Assembly (NCBI GenBank): GCA_000092065.1
Contig: CP000591.1
DNA: 64,000 nucleotides
Reading direction: 5' to 3' (one strand)
DNA from: Ostreococcus lucimarinus
Taxonomy: Eukaryota
The translations under genes were made by a program, and so were the position numbers. Under the pieces are notes generated by a model. That model saw nothing but the letters and a program-made list of their open reading frames with translations, made no database searches and had not been told where the DNA came from. Within the stretch, counting starts at the first letter, position 1. Every line of letters begins with the position of its first letter. Shown in pieces: positions 36,456-45,498 of this stretch.

Positions 36456-36495
<40 letters not shown>

Positions 36496-36756
36496 GCCCG
36501 TCTCGCGCGCCGTCCCCGACGCGAACACCGGCGCGACGCGCGTCGCCTCGTCTCGCGCCTCCGATCGCGCCTCGCGCGCGATCCGAACCCGCGCGCCGAG
36601 CGTCTTCCCCCAACCGATCGCGCCCAGCGTCGTCGTCGCGTCCTTCGCGCGCAGCGCGTCCATCGTCGCTCGCGCGTCGCGCAGTCGCCCTCGAACGAGC
36701 TCGGTCGCGCCGCGCGCGCGCGCGAACGCGACGCACCGCGCGACGTCGTCGTCCAT
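35311..36756 (-). CDS. SNM1/PSO2/Artemis-family DNA cross-link repair nuclease (metallo-beta-lactamase plus DRMBL), with a poly-Thr and (KP/AK)n low-complexity insert
   Basis: The motifs are HFHADHHRGL, MBL-type HxHxDH, and the downstream DRMBL region ...VIAFRPTGWTF...YGLPYSEHSSLNEL. The start was set at the ATG at 36756 (verified) to avoid overlap with the inhibitor-2 gene. The ORF extends to 36906. Confidence 0.75.
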
Positions 36757-36904
36757 CACGGCGCGCGCGTCGACGCGATCATCGACGATTCGGCGTCGCG
36801 GAGTGCCACACGCCGACGCGCCGTTTGAAAGCGCCCGCGCGCGCTCGGCCCGCCGCGCGACGCGAAAAAACGGTCGACGAACCGACGCGATCGAGCGCGA
36901 GGGC

Positions 36905-37399
36905 ATGACGCCGCGCCGCGACGACGCGGCGTCGCCGAAGCGCGCGAAACGCGCGGTGGAGTGGGACGAGGCGAACCTGGCGAAAAACTTTGCCGAGCGG
37001 AGCGCGACGATGAAGATCGAGGAGATCGAGACGCCGTGGCACAGCCCGCCGAGGGAACTGTTTCATGACCTGCGCGCGGAGGACGAGGGGGAGGTGGCGC
37101 GGCGGGAGCGGGCGCACGAGGAGGTGATGCGGCGACTCGAGGCGTTGATTCGAGCGGACGCGCGAGGCGAGACGTCGACGCCGCCGACGACGAAGGATGC
37201 GGACGCGACGATGGGGGACGAGGGAAGCGAGGATGGGACGTCGAGGGTGGCGTTTCACGATCCGGACGCGAGGGACGAGGATTTCGAGGACGACGCGGAG
37301 GAGGTGGTGAAGAAGAGACTGTTCGACGCGAAGCGAAAGGCGTTTCAGTGCAAGGGACGGGCGACGGCGAGGTTTCTCGCGGACGAGGCGGGCGATTGA
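36905..37399 (+). CDS. Protein phosphatase 1 inhibitor-2 (IPP-2) homologue, 164 aa
   Basis: The ATG at 36905 was verified. VEWDEANLAKNFAERSATMKIEEIETPWHSPP matches the I-2 signature WDEMNILATYH...MKIDEPSTPYHS. The C-terminus is acidic. Confidence 0.6.
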   Translation: MTPRRDDAASPKRAKRAVEWDEANLAKNFAERSATMKIEEIETPWHSPPRELFHDLRAEDEGEVARRERAHEEVMRRLEALIRADARGETSTPPTTKDADATMGDEGSEDGTSRVAFHDPDARDEDFEDDAEEVVKKRLFDAKRKAFQCKGRATARFLADEAGD

Positions 37400-37450
37400 T
37401 CGCGCGGGGCGCGAGCGTTGTAATGATGAAAATTTTACTGCTAGTAATTC

Positions 37451-40400
37451 TTAGGCGGAGGCGCGCGCGGCGAGGTCGACGAGATCGGCGTCGTCGCCGG
37501 CGCTGACGACGACGCCCGAGCCGAAGTCGGATTTGACAACCTTGTCAACGACGTCGAATAAGTGCGCGGTCGCGCTGTCGGCTTGACTCGTGAGTAATAC
37601 CGTACGCTTAGGGAGCGCGCGGAGGAGGGATGTGACTCGCGCGATGCCCTCGGCGTCGAGGTGCTGGAGAACTTCGTCGAGGACGAGGGCGTCGCACGCG
37701 ACGCCGCATCGCTCCGAGGCGAGATCGGCGTACGCCAAAGCGAGCGCCAAAGCGGCGCGTCGGCGTTCTCCGCCAGATAATTGTCGAAGCGAACGGGCGA
37801 TCAAACTGCCGTCGGGGCGACGGGCGTGGATCACGCGCTCGATGCGTTCGGCGGCGCTCGCGCTCGCGGGCGCCTTGGCCGATTTGCTCTTCGTCTTTCT
37901 CGTCGCCGTCTCGTCCGCGTCGACGTCGCTCTGCACGACGTCGTTATCGTCCCCGGTGAACGCCGCTCCCGCGGGACGAAGCTCGAGCGTCAAGGCACCG
38001 CCGGTGAGGGCGTCCATGTATTGACCCACGCGCGCGCTCAAATCTCCGAGCGCGCCTTCAAACAGATAACTCTGAATGCCCTTCGTGCTAAACGCTGTGT
38101 CTGCGGCTTGAGCGACGCCAAGGAGCTCTTTTGCGCCATTCAAGGATTCGATTCTCGCGCCGAGAGATTCGCTTTCACCCGCGAGTTGCGCGTCGAGCTC
38201 TTCGAGCGCGCTCGTGTGTGGATTTGAACGCGCCGAACGCGAGAACTCATTCAGCTCTTGCAAGCGTCGTGCCGCGTCACGCCCGGCGCGTTCGCCATCC
38301 ATGATGGCGTCTTCTGCACCTTTGACCAACTGTCGAACGAAATCCGCGTCGGCGACGTTCATTTGTTCGTCGCGAAGGAGCTGGATTTGCGGAGAGGCGT
38401 TCGACAAAGACGCAGACGACATCGATCCTCGCGTCAAGTCGGGATCGAGGCCCGCAAGCACGTTCGAGGACGCGCCGGATATACTGATCGTCGACTCGCT
38501 CATCGCAAATGCATCATCGATTGACATTGTCAGCGCTTCGTGGACGACGTCCTCGGGCGCTGAGTTTAACAACATTTCCGCCCTCGCCACCGCATTGCCG
38601 ATGAGGCTCAACGACCTCTGAGAATGTCGCAACTGATCTGTCGCGTTTGCGGAAGCTGTCGCGGTGGTTTCCGCGCGCATGCGTTCGGCTTTGCGTGCAA
38701 GCGCGGCTGCTTCGGTGAGATTGCGTCTATCATCCATTGCCTTGTTCAGAGCCGCCGTGGCGCGCTTGAGTTGCTCGATGGCGTTCCCGTGCTCAATCGC
38801 CGTCTTTCGCGCTTCATCCTTCAATTTTATGAGCGTTTCTTTGTGATGCGTCGGGTCGATGGCTTGTAAGCAACGATCGCACGTACCGACACCATCTGGA
38901 TGCGAGTGTGTGCCTCCAGCGCCCGCGAACATACCGACTGCGGCGTGACTTTGACGTCCGATGGCGCCCGCGCTCGCCTCCTTGGATTGCCACTCGCGTA
39001 CGACACCGTTAAGTCGTTCGATTTCGCCTTCGATGACGGACGTTTTGTGCTCGAACTCGGATTCTTTCACTTCAAAGCGACGTGCCGCATCATCAGAGTC
39101 ATTTCGTGACGAGTCTAGCACGCGTTCGGCGTGACTCGACGTCACTTCAAGTGCCTCGCTCGCGCGACTCAATCGTTGGAGGAAATGATTTGTCCTCGCT
39201 AAATACTTCGTGAAGGTTGTTGAAACCGCGCTCGAGCTCGTCTCAAGCTCGCTCACGCGGCGCCTGTACTCGAATTCCCACTTCTCACTCTCCACGTGCG
39301 CTTGATCGCGTCGAAGGCGCGTTCGAGCGATGTACTCTTCCCGCGCCTTGACTTCGGCGGCGATGGCGTTGACGTTTCCTCTCGCCTCGGTAACTCGCTT
39401 GCGAGAAATGTCCTTCGCCTTCGTCCACGTGTCCGCCTCGACGAGTTTACCCAGCGCCGCTTTCAACGAAGCGTCGTTCGCGTCGAGCAAAGCTCCTACA
39501 GTGTGCTGACCGTGAAACGTCGTGTTCGCGATGACGTCGGCGCCGAGATCATCGTTCAAGCCTTGCTGCGTCAGTTTTGACTCAGCCATCGTCTTTTCTT
39601 CGCCATCAATGGCGTACTTTAAGCTCACTAATTTCGTTCTGTTCACTTTACGTTCCACCCAAAACGGCGTGCCACCGTTCAAGAACCCTTCTAAGCGAAC
39701 GCGGCCGAATTTCGACGAATCGTTGACGACGTCCGACTTTGTGAGCGACTTGCCCGATCCCGCGCCGTCGATTCGCAAATCACTCTGTCCCGTAAGCGCC
39801 CACATCGGGGACATCACTAACGTCGTCTTCCCCGCACCATTAGAATCCGAACACGTGTCGGATTTGTTCTCTCCCACGACCACGCACACTCCTCTGGCGC
39901 CGAGCGGGTAACGCGTCGCCGACTGAAACGTTCCAAATCCCTCTACTTCCACCGTCTCAAAAGAAACGCTCACACCTTTCGATTGTCGGCGCGTTTCGGG
40001 CGCATCATCAGACGCGGCGACTTCTTGTAAAACTTTGCGCCCGAAAGCGCTGACGCTCGGTGCCATCTCGCTGGCGACGGCGTATGCATCGAACAGTCCC
40101 GCGGGCCCGAGCTCCTCCGCCTTTGGTATGCGCGCCGTGAGATCCTTGGTGACGTAGCACACCTCTACGATGAACCCCTGGTCCCGAGCTTTCTGCACCA
40201 CTGACGGTACGGCGTCGGAAACCGCATCCATGGCTTCGATCGGAAGCGTCCAGCGGATGATGTCTCCCGGACGCGCCGTCGGCGGCGCGCTCGCATCGAC
40301 GCCCTCGACGGCGAAATGTTTCGGCCCGATGTCCAAACTCACGCGCGCATTCGCGCCTTCGACCCACGTCTGCGAGTCAAGAACGATGAACTCTTTCTTT

Positions 40401-41452
40401 TGTCCAGCTTCAGACCGCGAGACTTCGTATGGCGACCCGACGTACGTAATGTTTGTGTTCGGAACGACGTGCGGTTTGTGATAGTGTCCCGTGTACGTGT
40501 TCGCGCCGCCGAAGAGCGCGGGGTCTAATCCATCTCGCGCTTGGAACGTCTCGTTCATGCTAGCTCCGACGACATCGGCGTGACAAAATATCGCGTTGAA
40601 CTCGCCTCGCGTGTCCTCGATCGCGCGCTTGAGTTCATCCGAGTTTCGGCGATACGGCAACCACAACGCGCCGCCGTAAAGCGTCGGCCCGTCAAAGACG
40701 ACGATGTTCGGATTAGCCTTCGCCAGCGGCGTGAGCGCGTGAGATAACCCTCCGGCGGTGACTTGATCGTGGTTCCCCGGAATCATGATCGTCGGCGCCG
40801 TCCACTTCGCGCTCGACATCAACGCCAGCGCCTCGTTGAGCGGTTCGACTGGAATCGCTCCGCGCGCGTGCCAAAAGTCTCCCAAAAATACCACTCCCGC
40901 CTCGCGTTTCAGCGCCTCTGCGTGCACGCGCTCGAGCACCCGTCGACACGTTTCCATGGTGCGTTTACTGACGTGCAAGTCACTGAACACGATCCATCGC
41001 TCGACGCTCGAGTGCGCCGGCGACAGCTCGCTCGCGCGAATCGTCGCGCCCCCACCCTCGCCGCCGACGTCCGCCACCGCGCGCGCAGGCGCCGCCCGCA
41101 CGACGCGCGGATCGATCACACGCCCGCGTCCGCCTCGCGCGGGCGTCGTCAACGCGCGCGCGCGCGCCGCACGCGCGATGGCAGTTTTCCCGCCAGAATG
41201 ATTGTTAGCGATCGATGACGACAGTTTCCTCGCGCCCTGCGTCGTCGTCATCGATGCCGCCCACGCGCGCGCGCCGAGCGTCACGAAACGCGTGTACGTA
41301 TCACTCGACGACGCGGTCGTGGACGCGAGGCGCAGCGCGTGCGTCACGCCGCGTCGCATTCTGATGTTGTCTTGACTTTTAAGCGTGCGGACGCGCCATC
41401 TTGCGCCGCGACGCGGCGCGGCGCGCGTCGTCGCGACCGCGCGCGCTGCCAT
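37451..41452 (-). CDS. Fused Mre11/SbcD-like metallophosphoesterase plus Rad50/SbcC-like ABC ATPase (coiled-coil with CxxC zinc hook) in one polypeptide, with a roughly 150-aa A/R/S/T-rich presequence-like N-terminus
   Basis: The ATG at 41452 was verified; the ORF runs upstream to 41965 through low-complexity sequence. Phosphoesterase motifs are IVFSDLHV, LGDFWHARG, GNHDQ, CHADVVG and GHYHKPH. Walker A is VVVGENKSDTCSDSNGAGKTTL. The hook is GTCDRCLQAI. The signature is LSGGERRRAALALALAY and Walker B/D-loop is LVLDEVLQHLD. Confidence 0.75.
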   Translation of the reverse strand: MAARAVATTRAAPRRGARWRVRTLKSQDNIRMRRGVTHALRLASTTASSSDTYTRFVTLGARAWAASMTTTQGARKLSSSIANNHSGGKTAIARAARARALTTPARGGRGRVIDPRVVRAAPARAVADVGGEGGGATIRASELSPAHSSVERWIVFSDLHVSKRTMETCRRVLERVHAEALKREAGVVFLGDFWHARGAIPVEPLNEALALMSSAKWTAPTIMIPGNHDQVTAGGLSHALTPLAKANPNIVVFDGPTLYGGALWLPYRRNSDELKRAIEDTRGEFNAIFCHADVVGASMNETFQARDGLDPALFGGANTYTGHYHKPHVVPNTNITYVGSPYEVSRSEAGQKKEFIVLDSQTWVEGANARVSLDIGPKHFAVEGVDASAPPTARPGDIIRWTLPIEAMDAVSDAVPSVVQKARDQGFIVEVCYVTKDLTARIPKAEELGPAGLFDAYAVASEMAPSVSAFGRKVLQEVAASDDAPETRRQSKGVSVSFETVEVEGFGTFQSATRYPLGARGVCVVVGENKSDTCSDSNGAGKTTLVMSPMWALTGQSDLRIDGAGSGKSLTKSDVVNDSSKFGRVRLEGFLNGGTPFWVERKVNRTKLVSLKYAIDGEEKTMAESKLTQQGLNDDLGADVIANTTFHGQHTVGALLDANDASLKAALGKLVEADTWTKAKDISRKRVTEARGNVNAIAAEVKAREEYIARTRLRRDQAHVESEKWEFEYRRRVSELETSSSAVSTTFTKYLARTNHFLQRLSRASEALEVTSSHAERVLDSSRNDSDDAARRFEVKESEFEHKTSVIEGEIERLNGVVREWQSKEASAGAIGRQSHAAVGMFAGAGGTHSHPDGVGTCDRCLQAIDPTHHKETLIKLKDEARKTAIEHGNAIEQLKRATAALNKAMDDRRNLTEAAALARKAERMRAETTATASANATDQLRHSQRSLSLIGNAVARAEMLLNSAPEDVVHEALTMSIDDAFAMSESTISISGASSNVLAGLDPDLTRGSMSSASLSNASPQIQLLRDEQMNVADADFVRQLVKGAEDAIMDGERAGRDAARRLQELNEFSRSARSNPHTSALEELDAQLAGESESLGARIESLNGAKELLGVAQAADTAFSTKGIQSYLFEGALGDLSARVGQYMDALTGGALTLELRPAGAAFTGDDNDVVQSDVDADETATRKTKSKSAKAPASASAAERIERVIHARRPDGSLIARSLRQLSGGERRRAALALALAYADLASERCGVACDALVLDEVLQHLDAEGIARVTSLLRALPKRTVLLTSQADSATAHLFDVVDKVVKSDFGSGVVVSAGDDADLVDLAARASA

Positions 41453-42440
41453 GGCGTCGATGCGACCGCTAGAAGCGCGCTCGCCGGACGTCGATCGCGC
41501 GAACGCGGCGCTGGAGCGGGAAATCGCGGCGCTGCAAAGACAGTCCGCGACGGCGACGACGCCGTCGTCGAAAGCGACGCCGTCGAACGACGCCGTCGTC
41601 GAGCGATCGCGCGCGAGGGTGCGCGCGCTCGAACGCGAGCTCGCGCTGGCGAACGAAGAGCGCGAGCGCGAGCGGGAGATGTGGATTTCGAGGTGCGAAC
41701 GGCAGGCGACGGAGCTTCGAGCGCTCGCGGCGAGCGCGGAGTCGCGAGCGCGAATCGCGAGCGAGGACGCCGAGGCGGCGATGCTCGAGCGAGATGAGAT
41801 TTTGAGAGAATTGAAAGCGTTGCGCGCGGAGGCGGCGAGACGGGCGATGCAGGACGCGGAGATTGAGCTGGAACGAGCGGCGTTCGCGAACGCGAAACGT
41901 TTCGCGGACGCGCGAACGATGAGACGCGCGCTCGTTCGGTGGATCGAAGGGTGCGTGTTCAACATCGCGGCTCGGCATGTGATTCAAAAGATGGACGTGA
42001 GACGAAAGCGAGATACGCTGATGGAGTGGCGCGATGCGGCGGCGTTTGAGCGACGCCTCCGCGAGACGCGTGCGCGCGGCGACCTTCGTCTCGCCGCGCG
42101 CGTGTTTCGACATTGGAGTTTGTTCGTGGAGGTCAGTGGAATGTGTGAGCGCTCTCGTCTCGCGCGCGCGCTAGCGCGGTGGAAATCATACGACGCGACG
42201 GATGAGGGTACATTAGATGACGTCGAGATACCGTCGATGCGAGAAAAGTATCTCGCGCTAGTCAATCGCGTCCGGCGGAGAGAAATCATGCGCGGCGCCT
42301 TCACCGCGTGGATAGTCGTGTTAGCGAACGCGAAGAGCGCGCGCGCACTGGCGATGGAAATTCTGCGCGATCGTGAGCGCGGCGAGGTGCGGTCGTCGCT
42401 CGCGAAATTAAAGGCGCGTCGCGTGGGCGCGATAGAATAG
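41451..42440 (+). CDS. Coiled-coil protein (329 aa) with regularly spaced Trp-containing repeats, possibly Sfi1-like
   Basis: The first ATG is at 41451; the track start at 41385 is GTG. There is an N-terminal charged coiled-coil. Repeats are ALVRWIEGCVF, LMEWRDAAAFERR, VFRHWSLFVEV, ALARWKSYDA and AFTAWIVVLANAK, spaced about 23-33 aa apart. Confidence 0.45.
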   Translation: MASMRPLEARSPDVDRANAALEREIAALQRQSATATTPSSKATPSNDAVVERSRARVRALERELALANEEREREREMWISRCERQATELRALAASAESRARIASEDAEAAMLERDEILRELKALRAEAARRAMQDAEIELERAAFANAKRFADARTMRRALVRWIEGCVFNIAARHVIQKMDVRRKRDTLMEWRDAAAFERRLRETRARGDLRLAARVFRHWSLFVEVSGMCERSRLARALARWKSYDATDEGTLDDVEIPSMREKYLALVNRVRRREIMRGAFTAWIVVLANAKSARALAMEILRDRERGEVRSSLAKLKARRVGAIE

Positions 42441-42522
42441 CCGATTAGTCGCGACGGAACTGCTTGTCGTTTATTTAACATAAGAATTGTTGCTCTACTG
42501 CGCAGCTTTCACGTGCGGCACC

Positions 42523-43521
42523 TCACGCGCGCGAGAAACCGCCGGCCGTTTCAATGAGACGCTTGGGTCTGTTCAACGTGCACTTCGTGCCGCAGGCGGA
42601 GCACTTGTGTTCAAACGTCTCCGCGGGCGACTCGCCGCCAAAGAATTGCTTGATCGGCATCTCGCAGCACGGGCATGCCCCGATCAAGATTTCAGCGTTT
42701 TGCAGGTTGGTGTAGTTGACTAACTTGTACGTCAAGCCCGCGCAAAGCGTCGCCGCGAACCCGAGCGAAAGGCCCGAGGGAACGTGCACGCCGAAAAAGC
42801 CGAGCAAGATGCTCGGAGACAATCCGAGCAACAACGGGACCGTGGCGAGCGCGGCGTACATGGTAAAGACCCCACTCGTGTCGGAGATGAGTTCCGTGCT
42901 CGTCTGCGACAACGTGCACGTCGCACCCTTCATGCCCACCTCGATTCCTAACTTTTTCATCTCCGCTCCCAAGAGTTCAAACTCCGCCTCGTCGAGGAGT
43001 TCCTTCCCCTTGGTGTAGAGCAACAGCGCAGTCACGTCCGTGCGCTTGCCTTCCGCCTTCACTCGTCGCTTCAACTCTTCGTACTTGTCGTCGTCCACGA
43101 CCGATTCCCCTCGCGAGTAAGAAATCGCCGCTTGCACGAATTCAATCTCATACCTTCGCAGCGTCGGGAACCCGCTCCCTTGCCAATTCAACTCCTCTCT
43201 CAATCGATCGTAATCCTCGTCGCTCAGCGTGAACTTACCACCGTTATAGTAATTCCACAGCGCGTCGACGTACATGAGCTCGAGATCGGCCAGCGAGCAC
43301 GAGCTCGGGTCGTCGATCGAGCACGAGACGCCGATGTCGGGGTTCACGTTGCTCCCTTCGCTCTTCATCACGATCTTTTGCGCCCGCGCACCGCCTTCGC
43401 GTCCGCCTCTGCGCATCACCACCGCGACGCGCGTTTCACGCATAGTCGCGCCGCGTCGCAAGCGCGTTTGACGCGCTGAAGCGCGCGTCAGCGTCGGCAT
43501 CTTGCTCGACGTCGTCATCAT
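42523..43521 (-). CDS. PGRL1: PGR5-like protein 1 (PGRL1), a cyclic electron flow component, with a transit-peptide-like N-terminus
   Basis: SDEDYDRLREELNWQGSG...SYSRGESVVDDDKYEELKRRVK matches the PGRL1 pattern DEEYDKLKEEL.WEGS...YV.G.P.LSDEEYDKLK. It has two TM-like segments and the C-terminal cysteine pairs GACPCCEM and CSACGTKC. The start was set at the ATG at 43521; the ORF extends to 43707. Confidence 0.75.
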   Translation of the reverse strand: MMTTSSKMPTLTRASARQTRLRRGATMRETRVAVVMRRGGREGGARAQKIVMKSEGSNVNPDIGVSCSIDDPSSCSLADLELMYVDALWNYYNGGKFTLSDEDYDRLREELNWQGSGFPTLRRYEIEFVQAAISYSRGESVVDDDKYEELKRRVKAEGKRTDVTALLLYTKGKELLDEAEFELLGAEMKKLGIEVGMKGATCTLSQTSTELISDTSGVFTMYAALATVPLLLGLSPSILLGFFGVHVPSGLSLGFAATLCAGLTYKLVNYTNLQNAEILIGACPCCEMPIKQFFGGESPAETFEHKCSACGTKCTLNRPKRLIETAGGFSRA

Positions 43522-43897
43522 GGCGTCGGATCTCGTCGCGCGACTTTTCGTCGTTCGCGTCGCTCGCGCGCGTCGATTCGCGCGTCGGTTCGCGGCGTCG
43601 AGGCGTTCGGGCGCGTGCGCGTTCGATCGCGCGCGTCGTGCGTGCGCGCGCGCGTCGCGTCGGCGTGTGCGGGACAGATCGCGACGGCCGGATAAACAAG
43701 CCCCCACGTGCCCGTAGGGTTTGGGCGCGCGAAGGCGGACGGCGTGAAGCGCGACGAGCGCGTCGCGTTACAACTGGAAACTAAACGTGATTGGGAGCGA
43801 AACGCTCGATGGAACGAATGCGGATCATGCGACGACGACGACGTCGCGCGAGGGCGGGCGAACGGGCGGAGACGGGGGACGAGCGGCGGCGAGGAGG

Positions 43898-44596
43898 TCA
43901 CGCGCCGCCGTCGGCGGGATCGGCCGGCGGCGGCGCCGGCGGCGGCGCGCCCAGGACGTTTGGAAACCCCGGAACGCCCGGAAATCCCGGGAACACGGGA
44001 GGCATGGCGATCGCGGCGCCGAGCGCGGGCATATGATCCGCGTCGCCGCCGTCGCCGGGCTCTCGCGGGACTATGTCGACGAGAAAGTCGAAAATATCTG
44101 TCTTCGTGATCGCCGCCGCGACGTCGCTGCGTTGTAAAGTCCGCCGCTTATTCTCCTGCGCGTGCGCCCACGCGCGAGTGGTGAGCTCTAGAACGAACAT
44201 CTCGCACGCCTTGGCGAAGAGCACGGGCGCCTCGCTCGAAATCATCCGCACGTCCTCGTCGCTCTTCATAATCTTTTTAATCCTCGCCAGCGGTAACAAA
44301 TGATTCTTAAAATCGTTCGTCTGTTGAATCTCGATCATCATTTCCCTCCAGAACTGTCTCAACGCCACCTGTTGCGCCGCGTACGCGGGATTCGCCGCCG
44401 CCTGTGCCGCGTTCATCGCCACCGCGTGCGCGATTTGCGCTTGATGTTGCCGCAACTGCGCGCCGTACTGCTCTTGAAACTGTTCCGGCGTCAGCACCGG
44501 CGCCCCCGGCGGCGGTGCGAACGGCAGCGCCACGCCAGGGATTCCATGATACGTCGGCACGTTCGGGTGTTCGTTCGATCCGGGCGCGCCGCTCAT
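43898..44596 (-). CDS. NFYC: Nuclear transcription factor Y subunit C (NF-YC/HAP5), histone-fold
   Basis: The ATG at 44596 was verified. [79 protein letters not shown] is the canonical NF-YC histone-fold core. The N-terminus is Gln/Ala-rich. Confidence 0.9.
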   Translation of the reverse strand: MSGAPGSNEHPNVPTYHGIPGVALPFAPPPGAPVLTPEQFQEQYGAQLRQHQAQIAHAVAMNAAQAAANPAYAAQQVALRQFWREMMIEIQQTNDFKNHLLPLARIKKIMKSDEDVRMISSEAPVLFAKACEMFVLELTTRAWAHAQENKRRTLQRSDVAAAITKTDIFDFLVDIVPREPGDGGDADHMPALGAAIAMPPVFPGFPGVPGFPNVLGAPPPAPPPADPADGGA

Positions 44597-45053
44597 CTGC
44601 GTCGTCGTTTCGCCCGCGTTCGCGTCGTCGTCAGTCTCGCGCCTAACCGCCGCGGTCGATCATCATCTCCGCGTCCCTCACGCGCCCGTCCGAGCGCCGC
44701 TCGCGCCGCCGCTTCCCTCACCGCGCGCGCGCGAAACCTTACGCCTTCGCCTTTCGCGCGCGCGCGCCTCGCGCGCGTCGAATCGCGCGTCGAATCGCGT
44801 CACTCTCCCTCGCGCGCGACGATTCTCGTTCGAACGCGCGACGACCGCGTTCGTCTCGTCGCGCGTCGTCGCGCGTCGCGCGCGCGCGACCGCGCGACGC
44901 ACCTCGCGGACCGTCGCTCGCGCGCGTCGCTCGCGTGCGCGAGGCGATCGTTCGCGCGCCCGCGACGCGCGTCGTCGAGTGCGGCGCGGCGCGGTCGACC
45001 GAGGGCGACGACGCGGCGCGCGCGTCGAGACGAACGCGCTCGCGACGCGCGCG

Positions 45054-45488
45054 ATGCGGTGGACGATTTTATTCGTCGCGATCGCGGCGCGCGCGATCGG
45101 CGCGGGCGCGAGCGCGGACGGACGGTTCGAGGCGGCGCTCGCGCTCGCGCGGCGGTTGGCGCGAAGCGTCGGCGGCGGCGACGACGAGAGGATCGCGCCG
45201 GTGAACGGACGCCTGTACGACGTGTTCGGCGTCGTCGCGGTGCCGAAGTGCTTTCCGAGATGCGCGGCGGCGGACGCGCCGAGGCCGGAGGTTCGAGAGA
45301 CGTGGGCGGCGACGCGCGACGATTTGCTCGCGTCGGCGCCGAACGAAATCGAGGCGGCCGTCGAACGATTTTTGTCGCGCTTCGAGACGGCGAAGGAACC
45401 GACGGGCGCGCACGGGGACGCGCTGTTGGTGAACGACGAGCGCGTGCGCGCGTTTTTTGCCGACGCGGTGGACGTTGAGAGTGTCTAG
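45054..45488 (+). CDS. Possible small secreted or organellar protein (144 aa) with a hydrophobic N-terminus
   Basis: The first ATG is at 45054. The N-terminus is MRWTILFVAIAARAIGAGASADG. No homology recognised. It could also be GC-driven noise. Confidence 0.25.
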   Translation: MRWTILFVAIAARAIGAGASADGRFEAALALARRLARSVGGGDDERIAPVNGRLYDVFGVVAVPKCFPRCAAADAPRPEVRETWAATRDDLLASAPNEIEAAVERFLSRFETAKEPTGAHGDALLVNDERVRAFFADAVDVESV

Positions 45489-45498
45489 AGGGTGCGAA

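Noticed and set aside
41453-41965. Upstream 171-aa extension of the SbcCD-like ORF, with track start at 41965
   Set aside because: The extension is S/A/R low-complexity and is antisense to the plus-strand coiled-coil gene 41451..42440. The metallophosphatase homology and presequence-like segment begin after the ATG at 41452.
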